Shown: positions 17,038 through 24,218 of the stretch, in pieces
Layout of the letters: each line of letters opens with the position of its first letter
Position numbering within the stretch: the stretch's first letter is position 1
From: Spartobacteria bacterium
GTDB lineage: Bacteria > Verrucomicrobiota > Verrucomicrobiia > Chthoniobacterales > Chthoniobacteraceae
Direction of reading: 5' to 3'
DNA length: 30,232 nt
NCBI GenBank assembly: GCA_043788785.1
Contig: JAYVTN010000170.1
Span: 1 to 30,232, forward strand
The notes under the pieces: model-generated
Told to the model about the DNA's origin: nothing
The model's database searches: none
What the model saw: only the letters and a program-made list of their open reading frames with translations
Program-made: the position numbers and the translations under genes

Positions 17038-18579
17038 ATGAGTGAGTTTCTTTTCGGCCCAACGCCCCACCAAGAGGCGATCGACTTCCTCCAGAGCAAG
17101 CCGATCGTCAGCAAGGAAGTTTTCGACAAGCTTTTGCCTGAGCTCAAAGCCCGGGCCTTTGTCATTTCCGGAGTCGAAGATGCCAACGTGGTTGGCGCGA
17201 TCCGGCGCCGTCTCTCGGATCTCCCGGCCGGCGTGCCGTGGGATAAAATAAAGAAAGACATCGCCGATGACCTGCATCCCTTCCTGGCCAACCCGGAAGA
17301 TCCCGAAAGCCGGATCGCTGCCGAGCGCCGCGCCGAGTTGCTGCTGCGCACCCACGGCTTCCAGGCGTACCAGGCGGCCGCGTACGAAGTCGGTGAGCGT
17401 CAGGCTGACGTCTTCCCTTATCTCCAGTACAAGAGCATGGGCGACGGCAAGGTGCGCCCCGCCCATGCCTCCCTGGATAACATCGTTCTGCCCCGGGACC
17501 ACGAGTTTTGGAGCAGCCACACCCCGCCCTGGGATTGGGGCTGCCGATGCCAGGCTATCCCGATCTCCGAGGATGACCGGGCTGACCTGGTCGAAGCGGA
17601 CAAAGGCAAGCCGCTGGATAGTCAGAACGTCCTGGGCGAATACGCCCAGGCGGATCTCACCGCCACGCGCCGCCTGGTCCGCAACGGGGTGAGCCACAAC
17701 GTCTCCAGCCCGGCGGAGCTGGGCAAGCCCAACGCTTACCAGAGCCATGTCGGCGATCTGCGTTTGTCCCTGGACGAACTCAAAGGCCGGTACGATGCCC
17801 AGACATGGGCCGAGTTCCAAACATGGGCCCAGGGCCAAGCCATCCAAGAAGGTGTCAGCGTCTGGGACTGGTTGCAGGGCAAAGCCCTGGCAAGCTCGGG
17901 GACAAACCCTCAGCCAACTCCTCCCACAGCTCAGCAGTCGGCCAAACCCGCAAAAAAAGGGAAAGCGCCAAAGAAAGGCAAACCGGTTGCCATACCGTTG
18001 CGCCAGTCCCCTGTGAGCAACGCCTTGGATGTGATCATCAAAGGTCCGCAGAAAAAGCAGGTGATTAACGCGATCAATCAAATCGACATTGCCCACGACG
18101 ACGGCACCCTTCCCAAGATCCGCGTCGATGGCAAAACCGGGAAAAATGCTCTTGGCGAGTTTGATCCCACCAACCATAGGATCGGGATCCGGGCAAGTGG
18201 TACATGGCCAGGCCTGACGATGTGCCACGAGGCCGGGCACGCCCTGGACCGCCACGCGATGGGGGTCGTTGGAAAGTGGGCCTCAGCGTCCGCGCCGGAG
18301 TTTGCCGAGTGGCGGGCCGCCATGGATGTGAGCCATGCGATCGCGACAATCTCCAGCTTCCCGCCAAGCCCAACCCGCAACTATTTCCTGTCCAAGCATG
18401 AGCAGTGGGCCCGATCCTACGCCCAGTATATCGCCGTAAAGACACAGGATCCCCAGTTGCTCGCTGATCTGGACCGGGTCCGCACCTCGGGCGCCGGATG
18501 GCGTCAATGGGCCGACGATGACTTTAAGCCTATCGCCGAGGCCATAGATAAGGTATTCAAGGGGTACAACTGGATATGA
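17038..18579 (+). CDS. MuF (gp30-like) minor head protein with C-terminal zincin metallopeptidase-like domain
   Basis: EAIDFLQSK, YLQYKSMGDGKVRPAH, PPWDWGCRC (MuF); low-complexity linker; HEAGHALD and EQWARSYAQY. Confidence 0.85.
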   Translation: MSEFLFGPTPHQEAIDFLQSKPIVSKEVFDKLLPELKARAFVISGVEDANVVGAIRRRLSDLPAGVPWDKIKKDIADDLHPFLANPEDPESRIAAERRAELLLRTHGFQAYQAAAYEVGERQADVFPYLQYKSMGDGKVRPAHASLDNIVLPRDHEFWSSHTPPWDWGCRCQAIPISEDDRADLVEADKGKPLDSQNVLGEYAQADLTATRRLVRNGVSHNVSSPAELGKPNAYQSHVGDLRLSLDELKGRYDAQTWAEFQTWAQGQAIQEGVSVWDWLQGKALASSGTNPQPTPPTAQQSAKPAKKGKAPKKGKPVAIPLRQSPVSNALDVIIKGPQKKQVINAINQIDIAHDDGTLPKIRVDGKTGKNALGEFDPTNHRIGIRASGTWPGLTMCHEAGHALDRHAMGVVGKWASASAPEFAEWRAAMDVSHAIATISSFPPSPTRNYFLSKHEQWARSYAQYIAVKTQDPQLLADLDRVRTSGAGWRQWADDDFKPIAEAIDKVFKGYNWI

Positions 18580-18761
18580 ACGAAGATCCAAAGATAACCG
18601 ACATTCTGACCCGCCTCGGCCGGGAAGAGATTTCCGCCGAGGATGCCAAGAAGCAGCTCGTGGCCGCTGGCCTGCATCCCGCCGATGCCGATGACCTCGT
18701 TTTCATCGGTCAAGGCGGCTCGGATGTGATCGGGCCTTTGCCGGGGTCCGATGCTCTTTAG
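18576..18761 (+). CDS. Small acidic protein; candidate immunity partner of the MuF extension
   Basis: 61 aa, ATGA overlap with MuF. Confidence 0.5.
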   Translation: MNEDPKITDILTRLGREEISAEDAKKQLVAAGLHPADADDLVFIGQGGSDVIGPLPGSDAL

Positions 18762-18796
18762 TCCCTTCCGTCCCTTCCGTCCTTTAGGTCCCTTCC
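18761..18796 (+). repeat. Four 9-bp GTCCYTTNN tandem units
   Basis: gtcccttcc gtcccttcc gtcctttag gtcccttcc, ending 1 nt before ATG 18798. Confidence 0.8.
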
Positions 18797-18797
18797 A

Positions 18798-19238
18798 ATG
18801 AGTTTGCAGATCCGAGACGGCATCAGTCCGGAGCTGGCTCGCAAAGCAGCCGCGCTTCGAGATCGCAAACCGATCTTGGAAGCCATGGGGCTTCAACTCG
18901 TTAGCATTACCAAGCGGGCTTTCTCGGATCCCGGTCTCCGTCCTGCGCCATGGGCCGCGCGCAAAAAGCCAGCCTCGCACAGCCTTCTGCGACTCAGCGG
19001 GGCCATGTGGCAATCCATCCGGATCAGCGATCTCAACAACTGCCAGGTCACCGTGGGCAGCGACCGCATATACGCCGCGCTTCAGCAACTGGGCAGCGGC
19101 AAGGGCAGCGGACGCGGCTCAGGCGTTCCAGCCAGGCCTTTCTTCCCATTCACCAAGAGCGGCGTCATGACCGCGACCGCAGAAGACAAGATCCGCAAAG
19201 TGGCGCTGGCGAAACTCGCCAACCTGCTGCGCACATAA
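18798..19238 (+). CDS. Virion morphogenesis protein (Mu gpG / Phage_tail_S-like)
   Basis: WAARK...LLRLSGAMWQSI...VGSDRIYAALQQLG...VPARPFFP. Confidence 0.85.
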   Translation: MSLQIRDGISPELARKAAALRDRKPILEAMGLQLVSITKRAFSDPGLRPAPWAARKKPASHSLLRLSGAMWQSIRISDLNNCQVTVGSDRIYAALQQLGSGKGSGRGSGVPARPFFPFTKSGVMTATAEDKIRKVALAKLANLLRT

Positions 19239-19525
19239 AGCCCCCGATTCTCGGCGTTTCAGCTTTTAGCTTTCGGCTTTTAGCTTTCTCTTCAGCAGCA
19301 GCTGGGCAGCGGCAAGGGCAGCGGACGCGGCTCAGGCGTGCCAGCCAGGCCTTTCTTCCCATTCAGCAAGAGCGGCATCATGACCGCCACCGCAGAAGAC
19401 AAAATCCGCAAAGTGGCGCTGGCGAAACTCGCCAACCTGCTGCGCGCATAAAGCCCCCGATTCTCGGCGTTTCAGCTTTTAGCTTTCGGCTTTTAGCTTT
19501 CTCTTCGGCTTTTAGCTTTCTCTTC
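19082..19525 (+). repeat. 213-bp imperfect tandem duplication of the gpG 3' end plus downstream AGCTTT(T/C) repeats
   Basis: 19091 aligns to 19304; 7 substitutions in the coding part, non-coding part identical. Confidence 0.92.
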
Positions 19526-19532
19526 AAAAGGG

Positions 19533-19582
19533 TTGCCAGCGTTTCCAGCGCTCATAGGCGATCCCTAAAAGCGTGGCAGGCT
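19533..19582 (+). promoter_or_regulatory. Putative late promoter, copy 4 (head operon)
   Basis: TTGCCAGCG TTTCCAGCG CTCATAGG N18 CAGGCT, then 7 nt to GTG 19590. Confidence 0.6.
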
Positions 19583-19589
19583 CGCCCTT

Positions 19590-19897
19590 GTGCAAGCCGC
19601 CACATCCAAAACATCCCACCGCCTGCTAGCCCTTTCGGCTACGGCGTTTGCTGGGAAGCTTGTGGCGCTGCAAGCAATCAAGAATGACGCGCTGACCGGT
19701 GCCGCGCTGCCGACCCGGCTCAAGCTCCTGAACTGGGGCGACAACCAATCCACCCAGGGCGTCATCCGCGTAGGCGACGCCACGGTGGCCGCGCTCGCCG
19801 CCAACCAAGCCAAGTTCGGGTACGACCGGATCTGCCTGGACTTCGCGCACAACAGCCTCGAAGGGCATCCCAACTTCCAGCGGGATCCCCGCAAGGC
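19590..19897 (+). pseudogene. Mu gpI-like prohead protease, C-terminal half deleted
   Basis: LKLLNWGDN...ICLDFAHNS...DPRK, then an abrupt switch to the linker preceding the scaffold, in a different frame. Confidence 0.7.
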
Positions 19898-19933
19898 CCG
19901 AAAACACAACCCGCAACAAAACCCGCCTCATCT

Positions 19934-20383
19934 ATGGACTTCAAACTTCTGCTCATCACGCTCCTCGGCCTCGCCGCAACTGCCACCGATCCCGAGATCA
20001 TGGATGCCGCCAAAGCCTTTGCCGACAAGGAAAAGACTGAGGACAAGCCCGCCGATGATGCCAAGCCCGCCGATGGGGCAGAGATCAAAGCGCTCTCTGT
20101 CGCCGTCAAAGGCCTCTCGGATCGTTTCGATGACACGACCCGTGCCGGTCTCCTGGCTGGCGCTGCTGCTGCTGGCAAGCTTGTCCCGCTCAGCGTGCAG
20201 AAGCTGCCCATCGCGGATCTGACCGCGATCATTGCCGAGCTGCCCGCCGGCGCAGTGCCGATCACGGCGCAGACCACGGGCATCCAAGCCCATGCGGCCA
20301 CCGTCCAGATGGATGAATCCATCTCCAAGGATGTCTGCCGTCAACTCGGGATCTCCGAAGAGGACTACAAGAAGGCCAAGTAA
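19934..20383 (+). CDS. Scaffolding protein (Mu gpZ-like)
   Basis: LLGLAATATDPEI N-terminus and VCRQLGISEEDYKKAK C-terminus. Confidence 0.75.
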   Translation: MDFKLLLITLLGLAATATDPEIMDAAKAFADKEKTEDKPADDAKPADGAEIKALSVAVKGLSDRFDDTTRAGLLAGAAAAGKLVPLSVQKLPIADLTAIIAELPAGAVPITAQTTGIQAHAATVQMDESISKDVCRQLGISEEDYKKAK

Positions 20384-20431
20384 GTCCCGCGCCATCCACT
20401 CTCACACGCACCTCCCCGTACCTACTCAATT

Positions 20432-20980
20432 ATGATCTCCACTCCTTACAACGCTCCGCAACGCAACGGCGTTTTCCTTGTCCTGACTGTCGCCGCTGCA
20501 ACCTTGCTTTACCCAGGCGGACTCGTCGCGCTGAACGCTGCCGGGGCCGCTGTGCCAGCAACGGACACCGCCGGTCTCCAGGTGGTGGGCCGCTGTGAGG
20601 GCCTCTTTGATAACAGCACGGGCGCTGCCGGGGACATCGTCGCAACTATCCAGCGCGGCGTTTTCCGCTACGCCAACAGCGGGAGCGATCCCGTTGCCCA
20701 GGCTGATATCGGCAACATCGCTTTCATTGAGGATGATTCGATCATCTGCAAAGTCGGGGCCACCAACAAAGTGCGCGCCGGTCGCATCGTGGATGTCGAT
20801 GATGATGGTGTCTGGATCGACACCCGCCAGACCGGCCAGCCTTACACGCTCACCGCCGTCACCGTGGCAACCGCCAACGGCTCCGATGCCGGAACCACGC
20901 AGGCCCTGGCCAATGCGCTCAAGACGGCCGTCAACGCCGTCATCGTGGATCTGGCCGCCATCAACGCCCGCACGATCTAA
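20432..20980 (+). CDS. Capsid decoration or cement protein
   Basis: VAAATLLYPGGLVALNAAG...VVGR...RGVFRYANS...ADIG...AGRIVDVDDDGVWID; between scaffold and MCP. Confidence 0.7.
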   Translation: MISTPYNAPQRNGVFLVLTVAAATLLYPGGLVALNAAGAAVPATDTAGLQVVGRCEGLFDNSTGAAGDIVATIQRGVFRYANSGSDPVAQADIGNIAFIEDDSIICKVGATNKVRAGRIVDVDDDGVWIDTRQTGQPYTLTAVTVATANGSDAGTTQALANALKTAVNAVIVDLAAINARTI

Positions 20981-21043
20981 GCCGTACTTCTCAGCTCGCA
21001 GGTTCAGCCTTTTCCTTTTCATCCACCCAAGCCCCGCTCTTTT

Positions 21044-21955
21044 ATGCAAATCAATCAACCCGCTCTCAACGCCCTCACCAAGGGTTTCCGTGTCATCTAC
21101 GAAGCCGCCTTCCAAGCCGGCGACCCCATGTACAAGGGCCTGGTGTTGGAGGTGCCATCCACCAACAAGGAAGAGGTCTATGATTGGCTGGGGTCCATCC
21201 CGGGCATGAAAGAACTCGTGGGCGAGATCCAGCTCGGCAACCTCTCCGCGCACGGCTACACGATCCGCAACAAGGAGTGGGAGAACACGATCGAGGTCAA
21301 AGAGATCGACATCTCCACAGACCGCCTGGGGATCTACAACCCGCTCTTTGCCAGCCTGGGCCAAGTCGCTGCCCAGCATCCCGACGCACTCGTAGCCGGC
21401 CTGCTCATTGGCGGGTTCACCACCAAGTGCTACACCGGCAAGAACTTCTTCGATGCCAACCACGAGCCCGTGGCTGGCGGCACCAAGTTCAGCAACAAGG
21501 GCACCAAGAAGCTGAGCGCTGCAAATTTCGACACCGCCCGGACCAACCTCAAGAGCCGCCTCAATTCCGCAGGCCGGCCCATGAACTTGGGCCGCAAGCT
21601 GGTCCTGGTCGTGAGCCCGCAGAATGAGACCCTCGGCAAAGAGATCCTCCAAGCCGACTTCATCCAGGCCAACGCCGCCGCTGTGAGCAACGTCCGCAAA
21701 GGCGACGCCACTTTGGAAGTCTGGCCTCAGCTGGCCTCAAGCCCGGACATGTGGTTTCTCCTGGAGATCGGCTACGTCATGCGGCCCCTCATCTTCCAGA
21801 CCCATCAGGTGCCACGCTTGAACGCCTGCAACCAGCCCAATGACAGTCACGTCATCCTCAAGCACACCTTCATCTATCAGGCTTACGGCGTCTACAACGC
21901 CGGGTACGGCCTCCCAGAGTTCGCCTACGGCTCCACTGGCGCAGACGCTGCCTAA
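21044..21955 (+). CDS. Major capsid protein (Mu gpT family)
   Basis: YDWLGSIPGMKE, YTIRNKEWENTIEV, CYTGKNFFDANH, GYGLPEFAYGS. Confidence 0.92.
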   Translation: MQINQPALNALTKGFRVIYEAAFQAGDPMYKGLVLEVPSTNKEEVYDWLGSIPGMKELVGEIQLGNLSAHGYTIRNKEWENTIEVKEIDISTDRLGIYNPLFASLGQVAAQHPDALVAGLLIGGFTTKCYTGKNFFDANHEPVAGGTKFSNKGTKKLSAANFDTARTNLKSRLNSAGRPMNLGRKLVLVVSPQNETLGKEILQADFIQANAAAVSNVRKGDATLEVWPQLASSPDMWFLLEIGYVMRPLIFQTHQVPRLNACNQPNDSHVILKHTFIYQAYGVYNAGYGLPEFAYGSTGADAA

Positions 21956-21975
21956 CCGCAGCCCACAGATTCATC

Positions 21976-22001
21976 GCCCGGGCCCAGTAATGGGCCCGGG
22001 C
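21976..22001 (+). other. 11-bp GC stem with GUAA (GNRA) tetraloop after the MCP gene
   Basis: GCCCGGGCCCA-GTAA-TGGGCCCGGGC; no U tract. Confidence 0.6.
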
Positions 22002-22043
22002 AAGCTTCCAAAAAACGCTGCCCACTTTTAGCCCGCTCTCCAA

Positions 22044-22472
22044 ATGCCCGCCTACGTTCTGCTCTCCGATCTTTCTGGCAAGATCCCCAGCCCATTCCTC
22101 ATTGAGGCGCTGGACGATTCATCCTCGGGCTCTGCCGATGCCGCGATCTGGAACCAGATCGCTGCGGATGTGGCGCAGGAAATCAACGGCATCCTCGGCC
22201 AGCGGTTCACGGTCCCTTTCGCTAACCCGATCCCGGACATCGTTGCCAGCTCGGCAAAGACCCTGGCTTGCGAGGCCATCTACATGCGCCGCGGCAAAGC
22301 GGGCAAAGAGAATCCTTTCGATACCGCCGCCTCGGATGTTCGCAAGCTGCTCAAGGCCATCGCCAATGGCGAGAAGCCACTTACGCCCACAACCAACCGG
22401 GCCAAACCTTCCGCGTCTGTGGTGACCGAACCCGCCGCGACTTCCTCCAGCTCCAAACGACTCTCCGCTTAA
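22044..22472 (+). CDS. Head-tail adaptor (Mu gp36 / DUF1320)
   Basis: EINGILGQRFTVPF...LACEAIY.RR...LLKAIANG. Confidence 0.85.
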   Translation: MPAYVLLSDLSGKIPSPFLIEALDDSSSGSADAAIWNQIAADVAQEINGILGQRFTVPFANPIPDIVASSAKTLACEAIYMRRGKAGKENPFDTAASDVRKLLKAIANGEKPLTPTTNRAKPSASVVTEPAATSSSSKRLSA

Positions 22473-22479
22473 AATTGCC

Positions 22480-22839
22480 ATGGCCAATAATCCTACCATC
22501 AAGGGCGACACCACGGTTCTCTGGGGAACCGGGGGCGGCACAGAGATCAGCGGCATCATCGTCAGCGTGCGCAACCAGCGTACCTCCGAGATGGTGGAAG
22601 TCGCCGACAACGACGGCTTCACCGTCAGCGCCATCTTCTTCAACCAGAAGAACGAGTGCGAGGTGGAGATTATTGTTCAGACCGCGTACCCCGATCTGGA
22701 GAATGGCGATGACGTTACGATCATGGGCGTCGAGTGCATCGTACTCAACTCCGAGAAGATGTGGGAGCAGAAGGGTGTCCGCAAGCTACGCGTCAAAGCC
22801 ACCAAGTGGGATGGCATGGCCGCCCAACCCTCGATTTGA
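22480..22839 (+). CDS. Putative tail tube protein
   Basis: 119 aa, beta-rich and acidic; lies ahead of the chaperone pair. Confidence 0.45.
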   Translation: MANNPTIKGDTTVLWGTGGGTEISGIIVSVRNQRTSEMVEVADNDGFTVSAIFFNQKNECEVEIIVQTAYPDLENGDDVTIMGVECIVLNSEKMWEQKGVRKLRVKATKWDGMAAQPSI

Positions 22840-22921
22840 TTTTCGCCCCGTCTGCATTGTGGCGGGGCAAAGCAGGGCATAGAGCGCGGGGTATGGCCCG
22901 CGACGGGGATAGCCTCCCTGG

Positions 22922-23509
22922 ATGAACACCTGCTCATTTTTCCTAAATATCATGGCTAAACCAAATCCAAAGCACCGCCGGAAACCCGGCAAGACCGGCT
23001 CTGTGGAAACCGGTGAAACCGGCCCCCAGAACCCCCAGAACGGGTTCACGCCAGCGCAAGTCGAAGCGGCTGATAAAGCCCGCGAACGCAGCACGCAGAG
23101 CACGCCAACCGTTGTCATCGACGCGTTCCTGCCAAGCCGCGTCATGGCGGGCGACGTTGCCTTCCAGCCTATGACCATGTCCGTCATCATGGCCCTGCAA
23201 CGGGTCGGCTCCGGTCTGCTCCGCGCGGACGCCCACTTCTCCATGAGCGACATCGCAAACGCGCTCTGGATCATGATTACCCCGATCGCTGATGTCCGGG
23301 CCGCTCTCGCACAGGAACCCCAGCCGGGTGTTTTCCCGGCCATGGCCCGCGCCGTCGATGCCATGACCGATTCCATTCCGGTCAACCTCATCCCCAAGCT
23401 AGGCGAGCTCCTCAATGCGCGCCTGGTCGATGCTTTCAAAACGGCCGTCCCGTATGGAGTCGATAAATCCACCGGCGCGGATGGCGATTTTCCGGCGGCC
23501 CGGACGTAG
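22922..23509 (+). CDS. Tail assembly chaperone (G-like)
   Basis: Start at 22922 or 22952; follows the putative tube gene; has a -1 frame extension. Confidence 0.55.
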   Translation: MNTCSFFLNIMAKPNPKHRRKPGKTGSVETGETGPQNPQNGFTPAQVEAADKARERSTQSTPTVVIDAFLPSRVMAGDVAFQPMTMSVIMALQRVGSGLLRADAHFSMSDIANALWIMITPIADVRAALAQEPQPGVFPAMARAVDAMTDSIPVNLIPKLGELLNARLVDAFKTAVPYGVDKSTGADGDFPAART

Positions 23510-23727
23510 GGGCCGGGATCGGGTGGATCCTCACTCTCACCGACACACTGGCCCATGAGTACCCAGCTTGGAGCCCCGACCATGTTCAGGACCACGTCAG
23601 CCTCCCGAAATGTTTCGCCCTCTATTCGGCTATCTGCGCCCGGTACGATCTCAAGCCCCAAGGCCCCACGTACGCCGAGCAAGAAATGATCGCCGCCCTT
23701 AACCTGGTTGCACCGCTCGCACCATAA
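23488..23727 (+). CDS. Frameshift extension of the tail chaperone (GT-like)
   Basis: -1 frame open 23467-23727 with no early ATG: GWILTLTDTLAHEYPAWSPDHV...FALY; GATTTT at 23486-23491. Confidence 0.6.
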   Translation, partial: FSGGPDVGAGIGWILTLTDTLAHEYPAWSPDHVQDHVSLPKCFALYSAICARYDLKPQGPTYAEQEMIAALNLVAPLAP

Positions 23728-23729
23728 TC

Positions 23730-24218
23730 ATGGACGCCCTTTCGCCAGCCGGTTTGCTTTTAGATCTGGAGACTACCTTCAAGCCATGGATCTTGGCCCG
23801 CAAAGGCTTTTACTCCTTGGCCGGGGATCCCGGCGATGTGCTCGAAGCCCTTGCCGATAAGCCGCTGACCTTCCGCGTAGTGCTCGCGTGGGGCGGCGAC
23901 GAGGATCAGACCGGCCAGGAGCAAGCCGGGATCGTGACGAACACCTTCGAGGTCTGGATCATCAAAGCCAAGGGCTTGCGCCTAAAGGCCGGAGACCACT
24001 TGGTGCGCGGGGATCCCGCCTTTCTGGAACTGGTCAGCGATGTGCGCGCTTTCGTGCGCGCCCATGAATGGCCTGCGGAGATCACCCAGGAGCGGTGCCT
24101 GTACACGGGCTGCCGGCCGATCGATCCCGAGCTTAGCCTGGTCATGCCCACGAGCGGCTACAAGATGACTTTCCAGTTGATCGCCGCCATGCCCGTCTAT
24201 GAGGAGGCCGCGCCATGA
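23730..24218 (+). CDS. Putative tail completion or terminator protein (Mu gp37-like)
   Basis: VVLAWGGD...FEVWII...LELVSDVRAFV...YKMTFQL pattern. Confidence 0.45.
   Translation: MDALSPAGLLLDLETTFKPWILARKGFYSLAGDPGDVLEALADKPLTFRVVLAWGGDEDQTGQEQAGIVTNTFEVWIIKAKGLRLKAGDHLVRGDPAFLELVSDVRAFVRAHEWPAEITQERCLYTGCRPIDPELSLVMPTSGYKMTFQLIAAMPVYEEAAP

Noticed and set aside
14252-18796. 9-bp arrays or the 69-bp LRR repeats as CRISPR
   Set aside because: No unique spacers, wrong unit sizes, no cas genes.
19082-19525. gpG duplication as a DGR template/variable repeat pair
   Set aside because: Differences are not adenine-restricted (T/G, C/G, G/C), are mostly synonymous, and no RT is present.
22845-22868. 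Hairpin after the tail tube candidate as an intrinsic terminator
   Set aside because: An 8-bp stem is present, but no downstream U tract on either strand.
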